From assembly GCA_964598205.1 (NCBI GenBank), contig CAZRBB010000004.1, forward strand, positions 71,156 to 135,155: a stretch of 64,000 nucleotides of DNA. Reading direction: 5' to 3'. The translations under genes were made by a program, and so were the position numbers. Below are positions 10,601 through 19,931 of the stretch, piece by piece. This DNA comes from an uncultured Candidatus Saccharibacteria bacterium. GTDB taxonomy: Bacteria > Patescibacteriota > Minisyncoccia > CAIUEV01 > JAHKAQ01. Numbering within the stretch: position 1 is the first letter of the stretch; each line of letters begins with the position of its first letter. The notes below the pieces were generated by a model. It searched no databases, had not been told where the DNA came from, and was given only the letters and a program-made list of their open reading frames with translations.

Positions 10601-13600
10601 TTTAAAAACGCTCACCGCTTCCGATTCCACAACTCTTGCCACCAATGCGATTACTCTCGCTGGTGGGGAAGTCATAACTTTTTCACCAACTAACGCTTTG
10701 TCACTTTTGACGACTGGAGCAACAAGTGTGACTTTGCCAACATCTGGAACATTGATCAGTACCGACCAAACAGTGGGGCAAACTATTGGATTAACTGGAT
10801 CAAGATTAACAAAACTTTGGGCAACCAACATTGAATCAACCAATGCTCCGACAGTTTTAGGTTCAGCAGTTTATTATACTGGTGGTACGGATGTTTCTTT
10901 GGCTGATGGTGGTACCAACGCTTCCCTTACTGCCAATAATGGAGGAATTTTTTATTCCACGGGAACAGCTGGAGCAATTTTAGCAGGAACATCGACAGCC
11001 AATCAAATTTTGCTTTCTGGTTCATTAACAACACCAGTGTGGTCCACCGCCACCTATCCGGTTACGACGATGGCTAATCAATTATTATATTCTTCAGCGC
11101 TTAACACGGTTACTGGTCTAACTACTGCCAACAGTGGTGTTTTGGTTACCAACGCCACTGGAAATCCTTCTTTCTTGGGCTCTCTGACTAATGGACAATT
11201 AGTCGTTGGTTCTACTGGAGCCATTCCAGTTTTAGCCACTTTGACCGGTACAGATAATCAAATCGTGGTGACCAATGGCGCTGGCACAATTACTCTTTCC
11301 ACCTCTCAAAGTATTAATACCACTTCCACTCCGCAATTCGCTAGAATAGGCTTGGGGGTTTCCGCTGACACTACGAACATTCTCACTGCTACATCTGTTT
11401 CTACTACCGATCTTTCAAAGACGCTAAATATCTCTCATACTGGAGCCATCACTGGCACGGGATACGCCGGATACTTTTCCAAAACTGGAGCATCAACTAC
11501 TAATGTTGGGCTTTATACGATTGCCACTGGGGCAACTAATAACTATGCGTTGCAAATAGATTCTGCCGTAGCTGGAGCGAATAATTATACAATCTATGCT
11601 AATGGCACGGCACAAAGTTATTTTGCGGGCAACGTCGGCATCGGGACGACAGCCCCTTCTTCATTATTAAGTGTTGGCGGTGCAGGTTCCAGTTCTTATA
11701 GTATTTCTGGGATAGGTTCTCAAAGTGGAATTTATGGCTCTGCAAGTGCTGGTTATACTGGAGTGTATGGTCTTTCTACATCTGGTGCTGGTATCTCTGG
11801 CTCTTCCACGAGTGGAGTGGGTGGTTATTTTACTTCTTCTGTTGGTTACGCACTTATTACAGGAAACGGCAACGTCGGCATCGGGACGACGGCACCAGAA
11901 TCAAAACTGCATGTTTCAGCAGATGGTGCTGTTCAAATTTTCATGGGCGATCTTTATAGTGATCTATCATATAATACGCCAGAATTCTCAGGCAGGAGAG
12001 CCAGAGGAACTCAATCATTGCCATCCGCAGTATTGGCGGGTGATACGCTAATGCTTGTTGGGGCTAGAGGATATATGGATACTGGGGGGTTTAGCGCAAA
12101 TAAAGCCGTCATACACATGTATGCTGCGGAAAATTTCACTTCTACTACAAACGGAACTTATATCACTTTTTCAACAACACCTATCGGATCAACATCAAGA
12201 GCCGTAAGGATGACAATAGGGGATGCTGGCAACGTCGGCATCGGGACGACGAGTCCGGGGGCGAAGTTAAATATAAAAAGTAATAATGATGCTTCTGCTT
12301 TAAAACTTACATCATCTCTTGGTGGTACTATGATGGATCTTTACGAACTATCAGATGGAAGAATTCAATTCAATCTTTATGATGGGAGCGGAATTACCAA
12401 GGTACGATTAGATGGAAATGCAGATAATTACATAACCGGTGGCAACGTGGGAATCGGGACGACGGGACCTTCGGCCCTCTTGCATGTTGGATCCGGCGGT
12501 ACTCCCGGCTACGCAACTACGGGTGACGCTTATTTCCAAAATGATGTTGAAATTGACGGAACACTTTATACCGCAGGATTATCGGTACTTGGCAGCATTA
12601 TTCCTGCAACGGACGACACTTACGATCTTGGTTCATCGTCTTACCGCTGGAGAGATCTTTATCTTGGTCCAACATCATTACACCTAGTTTCAACGGTTGG
12701 GGAAACAACAACGGCCAGAGATTGGAAGTTGTCTATTCAGGAAACAGACGGCACAAGCGAAGGCAATTTGCGTATTATGGAAGGCGCAACGGAAATAATG
12801 AACATACAACCCGGCGGCAACGTCGGCATCGGGACGACGGGACCGGGGGCAAAACTGAATGTAGTAGGTGGTTCCGCTGGGACAAATACAGGTATTTTTA
12901 GAATCGAAAACAATACTAATGCTTCTGCTAACACAGGTGCATCAGTTGAGTTTTACAGTTACGATAACACGCCAGCTCAGGTAGAAATGGGACGAATTGG
13001 CACATTGGTAACAACTGGAACTGCCGGAGCGGCTTCATCTGATTTAGCTTTCTCGGCACGCAATAGTGGAACATTGACGGAATGGATGAGAATAAAAGGT
13101 AGCGGCAACGTCGGCATCGGGACGACGGGACCAGCGACAAAATTACAAATAGCTGGTACGGGTTCGACAAATGGACTTTCTTTTGGTGATGCGGCAGATG
13201 TGATTTTATATCGAAATTCAAGTACGCAACTTAGAATGAATAGTGATTTGCGGACAAGTGGTTCTAGCGGCTTGACTGTGGATGGGCCTGCTTTTTCTCT
13301 TGGTGGATTTAACACGCTTTATAACGCCGCAAGTGGTTTGCAATTTAAAGCGAATGCTACTTCGCAGATGCAACTATTTGCATCAGGTGGTTTAGCACTT
13401 GGTAGTACTTATTGGTCAACTGACCCAGGGGCAGGGAATTTAACAATACAAGGCAACGTCGGCATCGGGACGACGGCACCGGGGGCAGCCTTGGATGTGA
13501 TTGGAACAGGGATATTTCAATATGCGGCCTTGGAAAATGAAGGTGAATTTCTAAGAATATCGAGAACCTCTCAGACAACTCGATATAGTTCTTTATGGGC

Positions 13601-16600
13601 GAGACAGTCAGTTACAAAAGCGAATAATTATATTGGATTTAGAGTGTATGATGGTAATTCGACAGATTATGCTCCTGTAGAAATGATGAGAATAACAGGA
13701 AGTGGCAACGTCGGCATCGGGACGACGAATCCGACTGCGAAATTGGAAATAGGGGGAGATAATAATGGACTAAAAATATCTGGAGCAACATATGTTAGTG
13801 CTGAATTATTAGATGGTGGTAGCAATGATTCAGGGTACTTATCTCTTTATCGTGCTGGAGTTAAGGCTTTTTCTATTGGTGCTAATGACACATATTTCAA
13901 TTACGGCAACGTCGGCATCGGGACGACGGGACCGGCACAGAAACTGCATGTGTTCGGTGCGACGCCTCAAGTGGAAATTGACTCGTCATCTGGCACTAAC
14001 CCTTCATTGTTCTTAACAACGACAAATGACACGACTCAAGGAATAAAGTTTAGTTATGACCAAGGGGCTGGGGACGGGTATATTGATAATGTTTGGAACA
14101 ATGCTGCTGGAGATTTATTTTTTAGACTACGCACTCTCGGAACTCCAGTGGATGTCTTGTCGTTAAAAGCGAGCGGCAACGTCGGCATCGGGACGACGGC
14201 ACCGGTAAGCAAATTTCATCTATATGATAGCACGGGCTCCGGGTTAAGTATTGATACGGGAAATGGTTATGCGAATTTGTATTTCTTGGACGGTGGAGTT
14301 GAAAGATGGAGGTTTAGAAACGATGGTGCGACCGATGACTTTCACTTAATGGAAGATGCATCGGACATACGTCTTACTGTTCAAGAAGGCGGCAACGTCG
14401 GCATCGGGACGACGAGTCCACTGTCAAGTTTCTATGTAGGTAGTACTACTCCAACTAGTCTTTCCTACGCCCTTGGTAATTGGAACTCATACAAGGCAGC
14501 CATTGTAGATACATTCAATTATGCATCGGTTGATGATGAACATACTTCGTTTTTATCAGACCTGACCGTGAATTCGACCGTAAATAGTAGTGAACAGATG
14601 GCAGCGATTGCAGCATCAATAACAGTTAGTACGGCAAGTACGGCAGATACTGGGTCACTTAGGACTATATGGTCAAATTTGCAACATGATGGTACTGGAA
14701 CAGTTGCTGCCGCTCGGTTGTTTAATGGTGAGTTGGCAAATAAATCCACTGGCACAATGACTAAGGCGGATGGACTTGGTGTAGCTTTTAGAAATACAGG
14801 AGGGGGAATAATCAGTGATTTGAGAGGTGTTAACATTATTGACCTAGTAAACACTAGTGGGACAATCACTAATACATATGGGATATATACTGGCGACTTG
14901 TCATTAGGTACTCAAACGAATATGCCATTTTCTTTTTATGCCTCTGACTCTGATACATACAATTATTTTGCGGGCAACGTCGGCATCGGGACGACGGCAC
15001 CGGTAAGCAAATTTCATCTATATGATAGCACGGGCTCCGGGTTAAGTATTGATACGGGAAATGGTTATGCGAATTTGTATTTCTTGGACGGTGGAGTTGA
15101 AAGATGGAGGTTTAGAAACGATGGTGCGACCGATGACTTTCACTTAATGGAAGATGCATCGGACATACGTCTTACTGTTCAAGAAGGCGGCAACGTCGGC
15201 ATCGGGACGACTGGGCCATTGGTAAAGTTGCATATAACTACTGATGATGTTAATGGTAATGGCATACGAATTCAAAATGATAATGCTCTTGGCACTTGGA
15301 AATATGGAACGCTCGCTATGATGGGGCAAACTGGAAACAGCATTGTTGATTGGCCAAATGCTTTAGTAATTGAAGGTGCTGGCAATGGGGGAACTGTTAT
15401 TAGTAGTGCAGCAGGGGATATTAAATTTAATCCTGGTAGAATACAAGGAATGATAGTAAAGCAAACAACAGGCAACGTCGGCATTGGGACGACCGCGCCG
15501 GGATTTAGATTAGATGTTCCAGCGGTTTCTGCTAGCAACTATGATGTTGCAAAAATAGGCGGATTTGTAATTGCAAGAGCAGGGACTGATGTTAGTAATT
15601 TACTTATAACTGGTGCAAGTTGGGCTGGTGGAAGTACATTAACAGCTACCGCAACTACTTATGCCAGTTATCAACAAACTAGCGGAAATCATTATTTTTA
15701 TACTGCTACGGGACAAACCGTGGGAAATGCAGTTACTACTGTTATTCCAATGACAATAGTGGGTAATGGAGCAGTGGCCAATACTTTGTATCTAACTGCG
15801 GGCAACGTCGGCATCGGGACGACGAGTCCGACTCAAGCATTACAAATTACAGGAAGTCAATTTCAACAGCTGTCTTTACAAACAACTGGTGCTTATACAA
15901 CAAAAACTTACTTTGCGAATTATGCTGCAATAGGGAACTTGAACTCGTATTGGTCTATGAATAGAAATATTGGGACTGGTGTATTTGATAATATTGAACT
16001 GCCAGCGGCGGCAATCGCAATGAATGGCTCTACGGGAAATTCATCTATTCAATTTTATACTGCAGCCGCAAATAACACCGCACCATCTGTGCGTATGACA
16101 ATCGACAATAGTGGCAACGTCGGCATCGGGACGACGAGTCCGGGTGATAAGTTGAGTGTAGATGGCACAACTTATGGCACAACTATATCTGTCACAGGTA
16201 GAAGTGCATCATGGCCTGGCAATGCGACGGATTTGTCAAAACTTAATTTTAATGGATTAGTAGGTGCTTCTGGTGGAACACTGGCTTCTATAGCAACGAG
16301 GTTTGGGAATTCTGGTTCTGATTTTAGTAGCCAACTTCTTTTTTCAACAACTGACGCTTCCTTTGTTTTACAGGAAAGGATGAGAATCAATAACCTCGGC
16401 AACGTCGGCATCGGGACGACAGCACCGGGGGCATTATTGCACGTCGGACCAAACTCAGTTGTGTACCAACCAACCGTTGGAACTAAACAGCTAATTCTCT
16501 CTGGTGCTGGAAATACAAACGCAATTGATAATGGGACAATGATGATTTTTAGTGGTGGGTATAATTCAACGCTTGCACAAAATGCGACTTATGGTGCAAT

Positions 16601-18164
16601 TGCTGGTTTAAAAGAAAATGGGACCGACAATATTGCGTCTGGTTATTTAGGGTTTTACACCGGTCGTACTGGAGATGCCAATGCCTTGGAAAAAATGAGA
16701 ATTACAAGCACTGGCAACGTCGGCATCGGGACGACGGGACCGGTAGAGGCTTTGGATGTTTTGGGAAAAATAAAAGCAAGCAGTTCGGTTCAAGCAAATG
16801 GCGTAGCAATAGGTGGATTAAACGGCCTTTATTATAGTTCTTCCACAAGGGGTAAATATGGTTTTGGTTCTGTGACAGCGCTAGGAGCTTATCCACTCGA
16901 TTTATCTTCTGGTGATGTTACGACGTATACTGATGGATATATCAAATTCAGTACCGCCGGAACAGAAGCGATGCGAATTCAATCAAGTGGCAACGTCGGC
17001 ATCGGGACGACGGGACCAGGTGGTAGACTTCATATCGCAGATGGAATTACGGGCAATGACGCGACATATCGGGGAAAGTTAATTATTGAGAGCGGGCAAA
17101 CAGATAATGCCAGTAATGGATTGGAATTTAAAGCCAGCGCAGGGGCGAGCGGGTATGGTTATCGTTTGGCAACCGTTTATCCTACTTCTGGCATTGACCT
17201 TCGTTTTCAATCCAGACAAAATTCAGCTACTTGGTCTGATGTAATGACAATAAATACAGTCGGCAACGTCGGCATCGGGACGACGAATCCGGGGTATAAG
17301 TTGCAAGTTAGACCGGCTACTGATGTCAATCTTGGTTTTGGAAGTAATGCTGTTGGTGGTTTGCTAAATGTGGCTAATGATGCCGCATCAGTTGTTGATT
17401 TGACAACTAATGCGTGGGAATATCACTTTCAATCAAATGGAAACGAAAGGGTTACAATTCTCAACGGCGGCAACGTCGGCATCGGGACGACGGGGCCGGG
17501 GGCACGGTTAAATGTAGTTGATGTAAATTATGGATTTAATAATGTTGGAAATCTATTTATTCGCACTTCTGACGCACAGGCGGCAGACATTGGTGGAATG
17601 ATTGGACTGGGAGGTATTGGAAATGACGCAGGAACGGGAATTACTTCCTTTGCGACAATAGCAGGAAGAAAAGAAAATGGAACAACTTCAAATTACAGTG
17701 GATATTTGCAATTCTCAACATCTAATCCAGGAAGTACAAAGAATGAATGGATGCGAATCACAAGCACCGGCAACGTCGGCATCGGGACGACGGCACCCTC
17801 CCAAAAACTTCATGTTGAAGGTCACTGTCTTACCGGCGACACCCTAATCGCTGTTCGTCGTAAAAAAAGACGAAATTCTGAAAACGGAGAAAATGAAATT
17901 GACCCAGATGACCTAGACTTTTCTTTATCCGATTTTGCGTCTTCTAGCGATCAAGAAACAGAAGACTGTATCCTAGTACCAATTTGCAACATTCTCCCCG
18001 GAGACGAGGTTTTATCGCTCAATGAGGAGACAAATCGCACCGAGTATCACCCCATAAATGGCCTCCTAGACATGGGCATTCAAGAAATTTATCAAATTCG
18101 CACTAAGTCTGGACGGGTAATTCGGACTACCGGAAATCATCCGTATCTGGTAAAAATGAACTGA
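7608..18164 (+). CDS. Giant modular fibre/adhesin-like protein (23 GNVGIGTT repeats) ending in a split-intein N-fragment
   Basis: 3518-aa ORF with a GTG start and N-terminal hydrophobic segment. The body is Gly/Thr/Ser-rich and beta-rich with 23 GNVGIGTT motifs. The last 112 aa carry intein blocks A and B. Confidence 0.9.
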   Translation: MTVRKQKKGGINGFQPLGVWGLFIVLGISLVMVFGGNSVWGAAEGTEGTEITEGTVWGRFWSGVDQGVTSFKEGFLATTNNLKSYLGTSGQFIARFGKEKNEKEAEELASVIASQKMEKWLEWFSKNGERLEEIANGENFNNLYLSGAIDGQNIANRSLNGNLKIIPGSITGLVIANGSVSKEDILWRGITSVNLHANAVTTRIIKDGTIIGADLSDDLSFSTTGTIHADNINGNHLIVKDGSTLSGDTVFNGGAFSHMGTTFLVNETGDATFDSDAVTTFSGSRLELVADGGGVTITYPDGQTFQLKDRTTRIETLANGSLILGNDSDATTVDGSVINLSGNTVINGTITGNITDNASNAFDLQEGTNKYLNISTVDGSEKIDFGNTTLNPSYEFLGTGATTLGGNLTVNGALIVGGGTAVAGHFLPGSNNVYNLGSNTYRWANLYLGGETLHLGASITDEAVVSYDTTINILNIGTDATTNGDIAFFSDDLYLDKSSGNVGIGTTDPGAKLDVAGVATFRGNLLFSTDNTLDIGANGATRPRTGYFGTSVVAPNFTGLASSATILATARDLYGFSFNGSVGTVSGINIIASSYGGTGNGFTKFTGPTTAEKTFTLPDANAIIARTDAGQTFTGVNIFTSPTFTTSIVPTINDGTTIGTTTLQFSDLFLASGATINYANGDTTLTHSTGILTLGTGTLKITTPTNTATSVATIDGMQTLTNKTLTASNNTLGGVTMTLGTDATGDIYYRNVSGYLTRLGIGTSNQILHGGTTPSYSAISLTGDITGILPLANGGTNKNITASSGAIIFSDTDSMELTLVGSSGQILVSQGAGTPIWSTPTYPSASGSAGKIIRSNGANNIYSTAAFADTYTASNLLYSNGDNTVQGLATANNGVLITGVTGVPSISSTIPVVTQQNITNVNSALVTGLLQITTTTGALTSVTTSAGIDALISNNTGSGLLVFNDGPTFIAPTLGVATATSINGLTINTTTGTLAISNLKTLTASDSTTLATNAITLAGGEVITFSPTNALSLLTTGATSVTLPTSGTLISTDQTVGQTIGLTGSRLTKLWATNIESTNAPTVLGSAVYYTGGTDVSLADGGTNASLTANNGGIFYSTGTAGAILAGTSTANQILLSGSLTTPVWSTATYPVTTMANQLLYSSALNTVTGLTTANSGVLVTNATGNPSFLGSLTNGQLVVGSTGAIPVLATLTGTDNQIVVTNGAGTITLSTSQSINTTSTPQFARIGLGVSADTTNILTATSVSTTDLSKTLNISHTGAITGTGYAGYFSKTGASTTNVGLYTIATGATNNYALQIDSAVAGANNYTIYANGTAQSYFAGNVGIGTTAPSSLLSVGGAGSSSYSISGIGSQSGIYGSASAGYTGVYGLSTSGAGISGSSTSGVGGYFTSSVGYALITGNGNVGIGTTAPESKLHVSADGAVQIFMGDLYSDLSYNTPEFSGRRARGTQSLPSAVLAGDTLMLVGARGYMDTGGFSANKAVIHMYAAENFTSTTNGTYITFSTTPIGSTSRAVRMTIGDAGNVGIGTTSPGAKLNIKSNNDASALKLTSSLGGTMMDLYELSDGRIQFNLYDGSGITKVRLDGNADNYITGGNVGIGTTGPSALLHVGSGGTPGYATTGDAYFQNDVEIDGTLYTAGLSVLGSIIPATDDTYDLGSSSYRWRDLYLGPTSLHLVSTVGETTTARDWKLSIQETDGTSEGNLRIMEGATEIMNIQPGGNVGIGTTGPGAKLNVVGGSAGTNTGIFRIENNTNASANTGASVEFYSYDNTPAQVEMGRIGTLVTTGTAGAASSDLAFSARNSGTLTEWMRIKGSGNVGIGTTGPATKLQIAGTGSTNGLSFGDAADVILYRNSSTQLRMNSDLRTSGSSGLTVDGPAFSLGGFNTLYNAASGLQFKANATSQMQLFASGGLALGSTYWSTDPGAGNLTIQGNVGIGTTAPGAALDVIGTGIFQYAALENEGEFLRISRTSQTTRYSSLWARQSVTKANNYIGFRVYDGNSTDYAPVEMMRITGSGNVGIGTTNPTAKLEIGGDNNGLKISGATYVSAELLDGGSNDSGYLSLYRAGVKAFSIGANDTYFNYGNVGIGTTGPAQKLHVFGATPQVEIDSSSGTNPSLFLTTTNDTTQGIKFSYDQGAGDGYIDNVWNNAAGDLFFRLRTLGTPVDVLSLKASGNVGIGTTAPVSKFHLYDSTGSGLSIDTGNGYANLYFLDGGVERWRFRNDGATDDFHLMEDASDIRLTVQEGGNVGIGTTSPLSSFYVGSTTPTSLSYALGNWNSYKAAIVDTFNYASVDDEHTSFLSDLTVNSTVNSSEQMAAIAASITVSTASTADTGSLRTIWSNLQHDGTGTVAAARLFNGELANKSTGTMTKADGLGVAFRNTGGGIISDLRGVNIIDLVNTSGTITNTYGIYTGDLSLGTQTNMPFSFYASDSDTYNYFAGNVGIGTTAPVSKFHLYDSTGSGLSIDTGNGYANLYFLDGGVERWRFRNDGATDDFHLMEDASDIRLTVQEGGNVGIGTTGPLVKLHITTDDVNGNGIRIQNDNALGTWKYGTLAMMGQTGNSIVDWPNALVIEGAGNGGTVISSAAGDIKFNPGRIQGMIVKQTTGNVGIGTTAPGFRLDVPAVSASNYDVAKIGGFVIARAGTDVSNLLITGASWAGGSTLTATATTYASYQQTSGNHYFYTATGQTVGNAVTTVIPMTIVGNGAVANTLYLTAGNVGIGTTSPTQALQITGSQFQQLSLQTTGAYTTKTYFANYAAIGNLNSYWSMNRNIGTGVFDNIELPAAAIAMNGSTGNSSIQFYTAAANNTAPSVRMTIDNSGNVGIGTTSPGDKLSVDGTTYGTTISVTGRSASWPGNATDLSKLNFNGLVGASGGTLASIATRFGNSGSDFSSQLLFSTTDASFVLQERMRINNLGNVGIGTTAPGALLHVGPNSVVYQPTVGTKQLILSGAGNTNAIDNGTMMIFSGGYNSTLAQNATYGAIAGLKENGTDNIASGYLGFYTGRTGDANALEKMRITSTGNVGIGTTGPVEALDVLGKIKASSSVQANGVAIGGLNGLYYSSSTRGKYGFGSVTALGAYPLDLSSGDVTTYTDGYIKFSTAGTEAMRIQSSGNVGIGTTGPGGRLHIADGITGNDATYRGKLIIESGQTDNASNGLEFKASAGASGYGYRLATVYPTSGIDLRFQSRQNSATWSDVMTINTVGNVGIGTTNPGYKLQVRPATDVNLGFGSNAVGGLLNVANDAASVVDLTTNAWEYHFQSNGNERVTILNGGNVGIGTTGPGARLNVVDVNYGFNNVGNLFIRTSDAQAADIGGMIGLGGIGNDAGTGITSFATIAGRKENGTTSNYSGYLQFSTSNPGSTKNEWMRITSTGNVGIGTTAPSQKLHVEGHCLTGDTLIAVRRKKRRNSENGENEIDPDDLDFSLSDFASSSDQETEDCILVPICNILPGDEVLSLNEETNRTEYHPINGLLDMGIQEIYQIRTKSGRVIRTTGNHPYLVKMN
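14175..15211 (+). repeat. Exact non-tandem duplication of one module (239 bp, 14175-14413 = 14973-15211)
   Basis: Identical on base-by-base reading. Identity starts at the first base of one 23-mer and ends at the last base of the next. Confidence 0.9.
17826..18164 (+). other. Split intein N-fragment (IntN, 112 aa)
   Basis: Block A CLTGDTLIAV (Cys1 codon at 17826), then VPICNILPGDEVLSLN, then block B GRVIRTTGNHPYLV (TxxH), then stop. Confidence 0.9.
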
Positions 18165-18193
18165 ACTTAAAAATTTTTAACTAAGTTTTCTTT

Positions 18194-19753
18194 ATGTTTG
18201 GCGGTGGATTTTTGAAAAATTTTAGGGGCACTTGTATCACGCTTGCCAAACGAGTAGTCGATTTATTTCAAAGTCGTGATACCGAACCCTTGCCGATTCG
18301 TGATACGAAACCAGTCCTTAAAAAAATACGGAAAACCAAAAATTCCCAAAATTCGGTCAAAATTTTAGCCAAAGAAAAAATTCCCATGGGCGTGGAAATT
18401 TTAGAACCGGAACCTAGGCCCAATCTTTTGGAAATTTTTTGTCCGTATTGCTCTGGCAAAAATTTTGTAAAACGCGGTTTACGGCAAAAGAAAAAAGAAA
18501 AAGTTCAACTTTATCTTTGCCGTGATTGTCGGCGGTCGTTTACTCCCGGAGCGGTGAAAGGTCGGCATTATCCAATGGAGGTGATTCTTAACGCCATTAG
18601 TTTATATAACCTGGGGTACAGTTTGGAAAAGGCGGGAAAGATGGCATCTAAAATAGAGGGATTCAATAGGGAAGGAAAAAAAGAGCAGGGGGCGGGACTC
18701 AAAGGGACAAGGTTCCAGAGGGGACTGCTTACAACATCGGGCAACTTCGGGAGCGGGATGATCGGCAGCGGGACGGTGCTAAGTTGGGTGAACCGCTACC
18801 GTCATCTCTGTGCTTTTTCCCGAATGCGGGAATTTGCCATAAAAATGCTACCGCCGAATGAAATGATTTCTTCGGCTACCCTAGCGCATCGGCAACTCTA
18901 CCGATTCCGGCACCATCGTGCCAAAACAATCTTGATTATTAAAGAAGATTTTAAGAACAGTCCCTTTTGGCCATTAAAAGAATTTTTGGATTTAGTGCCG
19001 GTGGAATGTCCACATCAATATTTTCAAGAAGGTTTGCGGGCGTCAGAAGCGCCGCTTACTTTTTCCAAAACGGAAATGATTGTGCGGGGCAAAAATAATT
19101 TTGCCAACAAAATGGCTAAGTTTGCGCTAGAATCGGCCACTAAAGCCAAAGATCGCCACGATGTTTTACAGCGATTTATGTTGGCCAACGATTCGGTAAC
19201 AGTAGCTACAGAAGTGCCGATTTATCTTCGTCGGGAAGATTTAGCACACATGCAAACACAGTTGGGGTTTGAGCTGTATAAAAAGAGGATTCGTTCTAGA
19301 AAGAAGGAAGACAAGGCCCAAGGGGGGGCGAGGCCCAAGGGGGACTACTTACAACATCGGGCAACTTCGGGAGCGGGAAGATCGGGCAGCGGGACGGCAT
19401 TGGAACTTTTTCCCCTAGAAGAAATACCCAAATTAATTACCGGTCACATTGATTTTGTGCAGATTAGAAACGGAATGATCCATATTTTGGATTACAAGCC
19501 AAAAGCCGCCAAAGAAAGACCGATTGAACAATTAACCATTTACGCGTTGGCGCTTTCCCGCTTAACTGGCTTACGGGTGTATCATTTTAAGTGCGCTTGG
19601 TTCGACGAAAAAGATTATTTTGAATTTTTCCCACTGCATGTGGTTTCCAAGCCGGGAAAGAGGCGTTATCGGCGGAAAATTCGGACGATTGAAGGGACTT
19701 ATAAATTAAACGACGATCCGTTAAAGGTGGCGAATATTAAGGCTCAAGGCTAA
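18194..19753 (+). CDS. IS1 InsA-like Zn ribbon + HTH + PD-(D/E)XK nuclease protein
   Basis: Zinc ribbon CPYC..N.VKRG...QLYLCRDCRRSFT, an HTH-like segment, and C-terminal EVPIY...GHIDFV...ILDYKP...QLTIYALAL (RecB/Cas4-like nuclease motifs). The start codon is uncertain. Confidence 0.75.
   Translation: MFGGGFLKNFRGTCITLAKRVVDLFQSRDTEPLPIRDTKPVLKKIRKTKNSQNSVKILAKEKIPMGVEILEPEPRPNLLEIFCPYCSGKNFVKRGLRQKKKEKVQLYLCRDCRRSFTPGAVKGRHYPMEVILNAISLYNLGYSLEKAGKMASKIEGFNREGKKEQGAGLKGTRFQRGLLTTSGNFGSGMIGSGTVLSWVNRYRHLCAFSRMREFAIKMLPPNEMISSATLAHRQLYRFRHHRAKTILIIKEDFKNSPFWPLKEFLDLVPVECPHQYFQEGLRASEAPLTFSKTEMIVRGKNNFANKMAKFALESATKAKDRHDVLQRFMLANDSVTVATEVPIYLRREDLAHMQTQLGFELYKKRIRSRKKEDKAQGGARPKGDYLQHRATSGAGRSGSGTALELFPLEEIPKLITGHIDFVQIRNGMIHILDYKPKAAKERPIEQLTIYALALSRLTGLRVYHFKCAWFDEKDYFEFFPLHVVSKPGKRRYRRKIRTIEGTYKLNDDPLKVANIKAQG
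18720..19397 (+). repeat. Two ~57-bp GC-rich direct repeats inside the nuclease gene (18720-18776, 19340-19397)
   Basis: The copies differ by 2 substitutions and 1 indel and are read in different frames. Each contains an 18/23 match to the GNVGIGTT 23-mer. Confidence 0.85.
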
Positions 19754-19931
19754 ATTCAACCAACGCTTTTTTGATCTCCTCTTTTTTGGTAAAAAGATTA
19801 AAATCCAAAGATTGCCGGTGCCCAATGTGAAGAGCAATGGCGGTACCGCCAGCCAAACCAAAATCTCGGGAAAAATCACTAATTAATGGCAAGATTTTTA
19901 CTTGTTCGGAAGTTAAAATCTCAGTGTGCAT
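19737..19931 (-). pseudogene. Internally deleted AbiEii/AbiGii-family nucleotidyltransferase toxin
   Basis: 64 aa. The N-terminal LAGGTAIALHIGHRQSLDFN motif (D>N at the DxD position) joins directly to a C-terminus-like EEIKKALVEFS. Much shorter than full-length family members. Confidence 0.7.

Noticed and set aside
11628-17791. CRISPR array interpretation of the 23-bp repeats
   Set aside because: The intervals are 201-582 bp, all in frame within one ORF, and no cas1/cas2 or other cas operon is present.
18162-18170. TGA read-through (genetic code 25) joining the giant ORF to downstream sequence
   Set aside because: TAA follows two codons later, conserved genes have no in-frame TGA, and TGA serves as the stop of rplD and others.
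18194-19753. IS1-family insertion sequence
   Set aside because: Only the Zn ribbon/HTH resembles IS1. The catalytic region is PD-(D/E)XK-like and I found no terminal inverted repeats.
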